Assembly: GCF_002087085.1 (NCBI RefSeq)
Contig: NZ_MWQY01000002.1
Coordinates: forward strand, 186,001 to 250,000
Length of the DNA: 64,000 nt
Reading direction: 5' to 3'
The notes under the pieces were generated by a model. It saw only the letters and a program-made list of their open reading frames with translations, did no database searches and was not told the origin of the DNA. This document shows positions 9,913 through 17,785 of the stretch, in pieces. Made by a program: the position numbers and the translations under genes. Position 1 is the first letter of the stretch, and every line of letters begins with the position of its first letter.

Positions 9913-10523
9913 AAAGGAACAGAAACCCCGGCTTCCGCCGCCGAGTTCTGGTTGAATGCAGTTCAGTACGAGTACGGAATAGAAAGCCGGATACGGCTTG
10001 AAGACTGGGATCTTTCCGCAGGCTATTCACGATCGAGCCTGCACCCCCTGCGAGCTGGATTTGCTGAAACCGCCTATGATGTACTGAAAGCAGGCGCAGT
10101 GCTTCCAGCCGTCCGTACGGGAGGTATCCTGGCCCGGTTTTCCCTCCACGGGGGCTATCATACCCTTTTCGATTTCTGGAAAAGCAGACTCCCGCGCTAC
10201 AGGGTACAATACAGCCTGGCGCCCCGTATATACCTGGAAACCCGGGCCCCCTCAACTGTGTATGCCCGCTTTGAACCGACGCTGTTTTTTCTCAGGTCGG
10301 GGGATGCCGGCTATGATGTCTTCTGCGAAACTGGGCTGCAGCTGAACGGCACGGGGGGCGCCGCATCGTTCTATTTATGGTCACGCTTCTGTGACGATAC
10401 CGAACTCCTGGCGGAATCCAGGGACCGATGCGCTGTTACCGGCCTGGGAGTCCGGATTTCCACCTCACCTTGACAGAGGTACAGGGGGCGGAGTATTCTC
10501 CTTCAGGTTAACATTTTACGCCC

Positions 10524-10607
10524 GCCGGCGTGGCGAAATTGGTAGACGCGCTAGACTCAAAATCTGGTGGGGGCAACTCCGTGTCGGTTCGAGTCCGACC
10601 GCCGGTA
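10524..10607 (+). tRNA. tRNA-Leu (anticodon CAA)
   Basis: Acceptor GCCGGCG/CGCCGGT, anticodon arm CTAGA-CTCAAAA-TCTGG, long variable arm, T arm GTCGG-TTCGAGT-CCGAC; CCA not encoded. Confidence 0.95.
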
Positions 10608-10611
10608 AATC

Positions 10612-10638
10612 AAAAGTCGTCGCAAGACGGCTTTTTTT
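10612..10638 (+). terminator. Rho-independent terminator after tRNA-Leu
   Basis: AAAAGTCGTC-GCAA-GACGGCTTTT followed by T run. Confidence 0.7.
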
Positions 10639-10639
10639 A

Positions 10640-10788
10640 GGGCGCCACTAAAAACGTGGTATTTTTGTTACAGGCAAGGCGGAGGGATTTTGTAGCGCCC
10701 GCAAACTCTTGTGATAACAAGAGTTGAGGACCGCGGGAAATCCCGACAACGCAGCATAGAGCAAAAAGAGTAGTTTTTAGAGGTGACC
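10640..10788. mobile_element. MITE-like non-autonomous element (~149 bp)
   Basis: Imperfect terminal inverted repeats GGGCGCCACTAAAAAC / GTTTTTAGAGGTGACC (13/16); nested internal palindromes (GGGATTT/AAATCCC, AACTCTTGT/ACAAGAGTT); no ORF. Confidence 0.55.
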
Positions 10789-10796
10789 ACATTCCA

Positions 10797-10887
10797 TCGG
10801 ACTCGAACGCAGTCCAGGCGATTGGCCCGAAGGGACTATCGTAAGCAGCGAATCGCGAAGCGATGCAGCTGTCGAGTCCGACCGCCG
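10797..10887. repeat. tRNA-Leu-derived structured element (antisense T-arm, two hairpins, sense 3' end)
   Basis: 10797-10808 = reverse complement of tRNA 10587-10598; 10872-10887 = tRNA 10589-10604; GAA-loop hairpins between. Confidence 0.75.
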
Positions 10888-10890
10888 CCG

Positions 10891-11403
10891 CTATAATTCG
10901 CTCAGCCTGCGCCGGTAGGCCTGTGCTTCCTGCTGCCGTCCCAGAACTTCACAGGTATCGGCAATATTGAAGAGGGCGTCTTTGTGGTTTTTATCTGCGG
11001 CCAGGGCCTTCTCGAAGCAGGCCAGAGCCTTTTCGTATCGTCCCTGGACAAACTGAAGGGCGCCGATATTGTTCTGAACGGTCGGATCCTTCGGATTGAG
11101 TTCCTCGGCCCGGCTATAGGCTCTGGCGGCCTCCCCGTAGTTTCCCGACTGGAAGTGAATGAATCCCAGCTGATTCCATGCTTCTGCGTCGTCACCCCGG
11201 ATTTCCAGATATCTCAGCATCCGTTCCTCGGCAGGCTTGAATCTGTCCATCCGGCTTAAGGCAATGGCACTGTTGAAGAGCGCCGAAAGATGATCAGGAT
11301 CGGACTCGAGAACCCGGGCAAAGCAGCGTTCCGCCTCCTCCGGATTATCGAGGGACAACAGGTCCGCCCCCTTGTTAACAAGGATATGAAGCTTCTCATC
11401 CAT
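10891..11403 (-). CDS. Tetratricopeptide repeat protein
   Basis: Clear TPR consensus (AWNQLGFIHFQSGNYGEAARAYSRAEELNP); GGAG SD before ATG 11403. Confidence 0.85.
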   Translation of the reverse strand: MDEKLHILVNKGADLLSLDNPEEAERCFARVLESDPDHLSALFNSAIALSRMDRFKPAEERMLRYLEIRGDDAEAWNQLGFIHFQSGNYGEAARAYSRAEELNPKDPTVQNNIGALQFVQGRYEKALACFEKALAADKNHKDALFNIADTCEVLGRQQEAQAYRRRLSEL

Positions 11404-11404
11404 A

Positions 11405-11683
11405 TCATTCTCCCCGGGGAGGAAAATCAAAGTTCTTACCAAACAGATCGGTAAGGGTCGACAGCATCTCATCCTCTCCCGGGCCGTCGACGCTGATCCG
11501 CACATGGTCTCCCTGATAGAGTCCCATGGCAATCAAACCCATTACATTGGTGAGGTCCGTCACCATTCCCTTGCCTTCCACGGAAATCTTCCCCGGATAT
11601 CCACCGGCAGCCTGGATTATGAGACCCGACGGCCGGACATGAATTCCCGCGAAGTTCCGCACTTCAACATTAGCATGAACCAT
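11405..11683 (-). CDS. ptsH: HPr-family phosphocarrier protein
   Basis: VRNFAGIHVRPS His15 motif, 92 aa; regulatory Ser46 region reads DLTNVMGL (Ser absent). Confidence 0.85.
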   Translation of the reverse strand: MVHANVEVRNFAGIHVRPSGLIIQAAGGYPGKISVEGKGMVTDLTNVMGLIAMGLYQGDHVRISVDGPGEDEMLSTLTDLFGKNFDFPPRGE

Positions 11684-11719
11684 TCTGGATGAAAGTATGC
11701 ACCCTTTAACAAAAAATGT

Positions 11720-12850
11720 CTAACCTGCAGAATCTTCGCTGTCCAGAATACGAAGCCTGGCCAGTTCCCTGCGTATCTTCGTGCGGGTTACAGGCTTCAG
11801 AATATAGGCGTCCGCCTGGTCTGCAAAGCTTTTCCGTATGCTTTTGTGCTCCGCCACGGTGGTAACAACGGCGATGCGCGACCTGTCCAGTCCCGCTATA
11901 CCATGGTCATCCTCCAGAGCCCGGATACCGGAAAGCACATCGAGACCGGATATCTCGGGAAGCAAAAGGTCCAGGATGACCAGATCGTAGGCTTTTCCCT
12001 CCTGAAGGGCCGTTCTGAATGCCTCCAGGGCTTCCCTGCCGTCCACCGCGACATCGCAGGCGCCAAAGTTGCTCAGTACGGCAGACTCGAGATGCCTGGT
12101 GGTAAAATCATCCTCCACAATAAGGATATTCAGCTCCCCGGACCGGACAGGGGACTTGTCCTCAAGGGGAACCTTCGGCTCTGGAGCAGTCGAAGCATCA
12201 GCATAGGGCAAAAGAGGATCGAATATCTGCTCTTTCAGTTCCTCGATCTTCAGAGGACTCGAGAAGATGATGGTAAGGGTGATCATTTCCTGACCTTCGG
12301 GCCACTGGTCCGGTTTCGGTACTACTTCAATGAGGGTTCCGAGGGATTCCAGAGTCCTGAATACAGGCAGTTTCCAGAACCGTTCCTCCTGAAGGGAGGA
12401 TTTGACGGTTTTCTGGATCTGCCACAGCCCGCTGTTATCCTTCGAAGAAGAAGAGGCGGCAGGACGCACAGGAGCATCCGGCCGTTGACTCGCCGAAGAG
12501 GCATCTATCCGGAACTCCTGCTCTGTATCCGACTCCAGATTCAGGCGCACCACATCCAGGGCGGACAAAAAGCTGTCCAGCTCCTCACCGGCAGGCAGGG
12601 TACCGGTATTTCGATGGGAATCGAGGATATGCTCCATGGAATGAAGCATTTTTGATGAAACAGGAAACCCCGCCATACCCAGAGAACTCTTCAGGCTGTG
12701 GGCGCTGCGGAACATGGAGTGGATCTGTGCAAGAGCGTCGATATCCCTCTTTTCACTGCCCTGCAGTTCTTCAAAATTCAGAAATTCCTGTTCCAGTGTA
12801 TCAAGATGATCAAGTATCTCCGCCATGAAGGCTTCGTGTTGGGAATCCAT
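11720..12850 (-). CDS. CheA-P1-like Hpt plus response-regulator receiver protein, no kinase domain (start 12850 or 12898)
   Basis: MFRSAHSLKSSLG Hpt; C-terminal REC ILIVEDD...LVILDLLLP..SGL...YILKPV. Confidence 0.8.
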   Translation of the reverse strand: MDSQHEAFMAEILDHLDTLEQEFLNFEELQGSEKRDIDALAQIHSMFRSAHSLKSSLGMAGFPVSSKMLHSMEHILDSHRNTGTLPAGEELDSFLSALDVVRLNLESDTEQEFRIDASSASQRPDAPVRPAASSSSKDNSGLWQIQKTVKSSLQEERFWKLPVFRTLESLGTLIEVVPKPDQWPEGQEMITLTIIFSSPLKIEELKEQIFDPLLPYADASTAPEPKVPLEDKSPVRSGELNILIVEDDFTTRHLESAVLSNFGACDVAVDGREALEAFRTALQEGKAYDLVILDLLLPEISGLDVLSGIRALEDDHGIAGLDRSRIAVVTTVAEHKSIRKSFADQADAYILKPVTRTKIRRELARLRILDSEDSAG

Positions 12851-12879
12851 ATTAAATGTTTCATCCTGGGCATGAAGTA

Positions 12880-13230
12880 TTAGAAATGGGAACGCCAATT
12901 CCCTTCTTTATAATATGCGATGAGGGCCCTTATTTCAAATACCAGAGAAGAAAACAGGCTGCTGTATTCCGCATCCCGTCCTTCCCTAACTGCAGCCTCA
13001 AGGTTTTCGGCGGCGGAAACAGAAGGTCCGGCAGCGATGGAAACAAGCATGCTTTTCGTTTGATGGACTTTATGCCGAAGCTGACGATGTTCATTCCGGC
13101 GAATCAGGGTACGGATTTCTTCCATATCATCGAAAACCCTGTTCTGCACCATCTCCATGAGTTCCATAAAAAGATCAGTATCTCCTTCGTAGATTTCCTG
13201 GAGCATAGACTGGTTAAAGGGAGTCTCCAT
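12880..13230 (-). CDS. Stand-alone Hpt domain protein
   Basis: LRHKVHQTKSMLVSIAA...AENLEAA helical HxxK motif. Confidence 0.7.
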   Translation of the reverse strand: METPFNQSMLQEIYEGDTDLFMELMEMVQNRVFDDMEEIRTLIRRNEHRQLRHKVHQTKSMLVSIAAGPSVSAAENLEAAVREGRDAEYSSLFSSLVFEIRALIAYYKEGNWRSHF

Positions 13231-13232
13231 TC

Positions 13233-13733
13233 TCAATCTCCCCGGATTTCACTCACCAGGGCGTCGAAGATGGTAAGCATATCCACCGTCGTTTTTCGCA
13301 GGCGGGATGCGATGATCTTGGCAATGGCCCGGGTAACCGGCAGCCCGATGGCTGAGTTCCTGTCGCCAAGTTCCAGGAAATCCTTTTTTGAAATAACCAG
13401 AAATTCGGAATCCATGGCGGCCACCACCGTGGCCGAGCGCTTATCGTCATCTATCAAAGCCAGCTCCCCGAAAAAGACGTTATCCTCCGCCTTGAGCCCG
13501 ACAACCGTATAATTATCTCCGGCCCGGGTCCGCTTGAGAATCTCCACCCCGCCGTTCAGAACGATGAACATTTCATCTCCAAGCTCCCCTTCCCGGATTA
13601 TTGTCTCTCCCTTTTTATATCCCCGGATCCGGCATATCCTTTCAAGTTCTTCCATGTAGTCTGAGTGAGACCTGATTGCTTCGAAAAGACTGATTTTCTC
13701 AAGACGTTCCCGTATGTCCTGATTACTGCTCAT
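13233..13733 (-). CDS. Stand-alone cyclic-nucleotide-binding protein
   Basis: IIREGELGDEMFIVLNGGVEI...FFGELALIDDDKRSATVVA; no HTH. Confidence 0.85.
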   Translation of the reverse strand: MSSNQDIRERLEKISLFEAIRSHSDYMEELERICRIRGYKKGETIIREGELGDEMFIVLNGGVEILKRTRAGDNYTVVGLKAEDNVFFGELALIDDDKRSATVVAAMDSEFLVISKKDFLELGDRNSAIGLPVTRAIAKIIASRLRKTTVDMLTIFDALVSEIRGD

Positions 13734-14902
13734 TGGGGGACCTTCCGGCTTTCAAGAACAATGGCCATAGAGTGGGGCTGAATCGGGTAGTCGTCGGGGG
13801 GAACAAAGAGGGGACGATTAACCTCCAGCTCCTTGACCTTCTGCAGGTTGGTTACCAGGGCTGAGACATCGGAGGTTTTCTGGGCGTTTCTGAGGGCCTC
13901 CATTTTCATGCGGTTCGGCGTCCCGGTGTTCTCCAGAAGCCCCAGCAGAATCATGCTGCCCTTTTCTTGAAAACCGTTCCGATACTGACTGTAACTCTTT
14001 CCCACGAACTCCCGGGGAATTACAGCGGTGCTTAAGCGGGCACTGCCGTTTTCTCCCGCCAGAAGATCCTGAATAATATGGGACATGCCGTTGGTTACGG
14101 AGGAACGGGAGAGAATACGTCTGGAGAGATCCCGGGAAAAGATGATTTCATCACAGCCGGCATGCTTCAGGTAGCTTTCGTATTTCCGGTCAAGGAGCTC
14201 AGCGGTTGTATAGACATCCCGGGCAATTGCCTTGATGGTCAGGACCGTCATGACCGTTTTGGAATCCACCTCCGATGGAACCGAACTCTCCCAGGTATCC
14301 GCCAGGATCAGGACCTTACGGGCATTTCTGACATTGGCCCTCTTGAGGGTTGCTTCGGAGAAATAATCTCCCCGAACGAACTTCAAACCCTTCAGGTCTA
14401 TCTCTTCTTTTATCTCTTCAACCTTGTCGGGTTCAATATTCGACAGGAGCACCAGCCGGTCTCCCTTCAGATCGCTGCTTTCCAGAATATCCAGCAGAAT
14501 GTCCCGCATGTGGTCCTTCCAGCCGCATACGATAAGATGATCACTTAGTTTGGGAAAATCCATCAAGCCCCTCCTTGCGCGGGAATTTCGTTCCACAAAA
14601 ACGGATGCCAGCGATCCGGACAGGGCACTGGTGGCGGCAATCCCCAAAAAGATGGAAACCACGGCAACAAGACGTCCCGGAAAGGTTACCGGAACCTTGT
14701 CGCCATACCCGGTTGTGGAAAAGGTTATTACTGCCCACCAGAACCCGTCCAGAAGGTCAGAGAACTGGGTATTAATACTGCTTTCAAAGAGATATACCAG
14801 TCCGCCGGTTATCAGGAAAACTGCAAGAAAGAAGAGCGCCATCTGCATAAAGGGGGAATTAAGAAGATTTTCGAGAAAACGCTGCAGACGGCGAAAGGGC
14901 AT
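13730..14902 (-). CDS. Two-TM potassium channel with RCK/TrkA-type domain
   Basis: WWAVITFSTTGYGDKVP selectivity filter; HLIVCGW, FVRGD, ARKVLILAD RCK motifs. Confidence 0.9.
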   Translation of the reverse strand: MPFRRLQRFLENLLNSPFMQMALFFLAVFLITGGLVYLFESSINTQFSDLLDGFWWAVITFSTTGYGDKVPVTFPGRLVAVVSIFLGIAATSALSGSLASVFVERNSRARRGLMDFPKLSDHLIVCGWKDHMRDILLDILESSDLKGDRLVLLSNIEPDKVEEIKEEIDLKGLKFVRGDYFSEATLKRANVRNARKVLILADTWESSVPSEVDSKTVMTVLTIKAIARDVYTTAELLDRKYESYLKHAGCDEIIFSRDLSRRILSRSSVTNGMSHIIQDLLAGENGSARLSTAVIPREFVGKSYSQYRNGFQEKGSMILLGLLENTGTPNRMKMEALRNAQKTSDVSALVTNLQKVKELEVNRPLFVPPDDYPIQPHSMAIVLESRKVPQ

Positions 14903-14904
14903 GA

Positions 14905-16122
14905 TCAGTTCTCCAACAGGGTAATCTCAACCCTGCGATTAAGCCTGCGGCCGGCTTCGGTATCGTTTCCAGCCACAGGTTCCCGGGCGCCCATACCGCG
15001 TATTACGATCTGGTCCTCCCGGCGGGCGCCAAGTTCTATCAGCGCCCTGGCCGTTACCCTGGCCCGCTCCAGAGAAAGGCGTTCCCGGCCGCTCTCCGTA
15101 CCAGCCAGAGCAGTATGACCGGTAATCAGCACGTCCCGATCCGGGTAGCGTTTAAGGATCTCCGCCACTGCTCGAATCTTTTCCTCTTCCCCGGGAACAA
15201 AACGGGATGAGTCGGGGAGAAAGCGGATATTATGCAGGGCAATGGTTATACCCTGTTCGTCCACCCGTACCTCGGAGTCTTCTACCTTGTCTTTTTCCAG
15301 GGAATTACGGATTTCCTCGGCGACCTTTTCCTTTTCCATCTTTTCCGCCTGAATGACCTCGGCCGACGCCGTCCCGCGGAAAATCCAGGAGGTACCGTCA
15401 TTCAGCTGCATTACCAGCTCGAACTCCTCGGTATAGGCCGCGAGATACCCTTTTTCATTGTCCCAGTAAAGGTGCTGCGCCGAAAAACCGGAAATCTGCT
15501 CCGGGGCCAGCCCCCGGCTTACGGGGAAACGATGGTATACCTGATACGTGGCATCGATGGCATGGAACATTTTATCCTTATACTCTTCCAGCCCCAGGTA
15601 CTGATACGCCACGTTAATGGGGAATCGCACGACGCCCAGGCCGCTGCCGGAGTCCCGGAAGTCATGGACCTCCTCGCCGACCCCCACCCAGGTTTCCCCG
15701 GGAGCGACATCCCGTTCCGGGAACCTGGGAACTCCCCGCACAACGGGAAAACTGTATCTGTCGGGAACATCCATTTCGCCGTAGGCATTCCGGCGATAGG
15801 CCGTGGGGTGCTCCTCGCTCCACTGGTAAACTCCGGCATCCCCGGTGGAACGGTTGGCGATCTGGAAAACCCCTTCCAGCTCCCCTGTTTCACCCCGGAC
15901 ATCCTTGATTGTGTAGGCAATCTTGTAGCGCAGCTCCGACTGCTGAACAGCCTGCTGACGGCCATACCGCTGGATAACGGTCTCATCCACCTGGGCGACA
16001 GCCCGGAATTTTGCCCCTGAGACATACTGGAAGCGAAAAACCTCGGCTTCCAGTCTGTTTCCCGCCAGCAATCCGGTCAACAAAAGGAGCAAGGAGCTTA
16101 TCTTTGATATTTTCATTCTCAC
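14905..16122 (-). CDS. OmpA-family peptidoglycan-binding exported protein
   Basis: Signal peptide; C-terminal ITGHTA...LSLERA...NRRVEI OmpA_C motifs. Confidence 0.85.
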   Translation of the reverse strand: MRMKISKISSLLLLLTGLLAGNRLEAEVFRFQYVSGAKFRAVAQVDETVIQRYGRQQAVQQSELRYKIAYTIKDVRGETGELEGVFQIANRSTGDAGVYQWSEEHPTAYRRNAYGEMDVPDRYSFPVVRGVPRFPERDVAPGETWVGVGEEVHDFRDSGSGLGVVRFPINVAYQYLGLEEYKDKMFHAIDATYQVYHRFPVSRGLAPEQISGFSAQHLYWDNEKGYLAAYTEEFELVMQLNDGTSWIFRGTASAEVIQAEKMEKEKVAEEIRNSLEKDKVEDSEVRVDEQGITIALHNIRFLPDSSRFVPGEEEKIRAVAEILKRYPDRDVLITGHTALAGTESGRERLSLERARVTARALIELGARREDQIVIRGMGAREPVAGNDTEAGRRLNRRVEITLLEN

Positions 16123-16188
16123 GCCTACTTCCTTGACAAATATATGTCCAAGCTTATATCTTCAAATTGTATTCCACAGGAAGCCGAT

Positions 16189-17724
16189 GTGTTTGACAAG
16201 TTAAGCCAGCCCCAGTCAGAAGAGTTGTTCGCGTTGCTGAGCAATGCCGGATATTCTCGTCCCACTCTCCTCCAGGCAAAGGTCGTTCCAGCCGTACTCG
16301 GCGGAAGGGATCTCCTGGTTGAGACTCTCTACGCCGACGGGAGGACAGCAGCGTACCTCCTGCCCCTTCTTGTCTCTCATGGCCTCGAAAGTACCGGCTC
16401 CCAGGCTCTGATCATAACACCTTCGCCGGATCTCGTAAAAAAGACCTCCCTCCAGTACCGGCGATTCACCCGGGGGGGCAGTAGCGTGCCTCCCATAACA
16501 ACCCTGGGTTGGGACAGTCCGATAAAGCGTGAAGCAAAACGACTTGCCGGGACTTCCGGTATCATTGTCGGCACCTCAGCCCGTATAATTGACCACCTGC
16601 GTCGCAACTCTCTGAACACCCGGGAAATGCAGAGGGTTGTTATAAGTCTGGAGAACCCGGTCAATAAAGAGGACTTCATGCAGGATGTGCTCTTTATTCT
16701 CTCCAAGGTCCCCAAAAAGAGCCAGATAATCGTTTTTACCCCCAGCCTGAAAGAGACCGGTGTACTGGAAAACCGCTTACGGCACCCCCTGATTATCTCC
16801 TCCGAGGACTGGGACCGGGACAACAGGATTCAAAGTGTATATGAAGCAGCCGATGCCGTGCACAAGGCGGAGCTGCTTTTAAGTCTCTTTCTAAGCAGAA
16901 GAATCACCCGGGGCGGAATCTTCTGCCGAACTATGGCTGCCTTAAAGACCCTGGAAAAGAAGCTTAGCAAGGAGGGAATCCGCAGCCGTATTATTTCCAC
17001 CCGTACTTCTCCGCGAAAAAAGGAAGAAATCTTTCAGCTTTTCAAGGACGGAAGTATCCCCTGCATTCTTACAGTCTCAATTTCTGTTTTAACCGAGATC
17101 GAAGAAATTGGATGCGCGGTCTTTTTTAATCTTCCATCCCCCCCTGAAGCATATACGGATATCACCTCCGTACTGATACAGGACCTGAATGCAAAGATTG
17201 TCACCTTTGTCACGAAGGAGGAGTCGGCGACACTTCAGTTTTTACAGGAGAAAAACAAGATGAAAAAAGAGAACTTCCCCGATGACCTGGAGGTCTTTCG
17301 GGGCAAGGTCGAAGGTATTCTGCAGTCCATCCGTTCCCAGGAGGATCCTGAAGAACTAAACCGGTATCGAAAAATGATAAAAAAAATGGTCCCTTTCGGA
17401 ATGCGCGGATATTTAAGCGCTTATCTGATAAAGGAGTCTCTCGGAAACACAGTTCGCGGGGACAAGCCCTTCAGGACGGTTTTCGTATCCATCGGACGCA
17501 ACCGGCGTGTTTTCCCAAAGGACCTTTCGCGGCTCTTTACCCAGACCCTGGGTATAGATATGGGAGAGGTTGGGAGCATCAAGGTTCTGGATAACTATTC
17601 CTTTATTGATATTCCGGCTCACCTTGCGCAATCCGCCATAGACAAACTTGACGGCAGCGATTTTCACGGACGAAAAATAACCGTAAATTTTGCACGCAAG
17701 AAGGAGGAAAAAGTCCTCCGCTGA
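16189..17724 (+). CDS. DEAD-box helicase-like protein with degenerate catalytic motifs and C-terminal DbpA RNA-binding domain
   Basis: Q motif GYSRPTLLQ, GRDLL, IIVGTSARIIDHL retained; C-terminal VFVSIGRNRRVFPKDL...VLDNYSFIDI; likely GTG start 16189 (ORF track 16144). Confidence 0.75.
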   Translation: MFDKLSQPQSEELFALLSNAGYSRPTLLQAKVVPAVLGGRDLLVETLYADGRTAAYLLPLLVSHGLESTGSQALIITPSPDLVKKTSLQYRRFTRGGSSVPPITTLGWDSPIKREAKRLAGTSGIIVGTSARIIDHLRRNSLNTREMQRVVISLENPVNKEDFMQDVLFILSKVPKKSQIIVFTPSLKETGVLENRLRHPLIISSEDWDRDNRIQSVYEAADAVHKAELLLSLFLSRRITRGGIFCRTMAALKTLEKKLSKEGIRSRIISTRTSPRKKEEIFQLFKDGSIPCILTVSISVLTEIEEIGCAVFFNLPSPPEAYTDITSVLIQDLNAKIVTFVTKEESATLQFLQEKNKMKKENFPDDLEVFRGKVEGILQSIRSQEDPEELNRYRKMIKKMVPFGMRGYLSAYLIKESLGNTVRGDKPFRTVFVSIGRNRRVFPKDLSRLFTQTLGIDMGEVGSIKVLDNYSFIDIPAHLAQSAIDKLDGSDFHGRKITVNFARKKEEKVLR

Positions 17725-17750
17725 TGTACCTGTTCCCTCCATAAAGCTTC

Positions 17751-17785
17751 ACCGTCCCTTCGGATAATCGAGGGGGCGGTTTTTT
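17751..17785 (+). terminator. Rho-independent terminator between convergent genes
   Basis: ACCGTCCCTTCG-GATAAT-CGAGGGGGCGGT followed by T run. Confidence 0.7.

Larger units (their letters stand above)
7714..10473 (+). pseudogene. Exported, putative beta-barrel protein gene (~286 aa) split by an antisense group II intron
   Basis: Joining 7714-8013 to 9913-10473 gives a continuous frame ...LLAGPV|KGTETPASAAEFWLNAVQYEYG...; signal-peptide-like N-terminus; alternating aromatic beta-strand pattern. Confidence 0.75.

Noticed and set aside
10608..10887. Integrated prophage or genomic island at tRNA-Leu
   Set aside because: The 3'-end duplication is only ~280 bp away with no integrase or cargo; at most a scar, and it is treated as a structured repeat instead.
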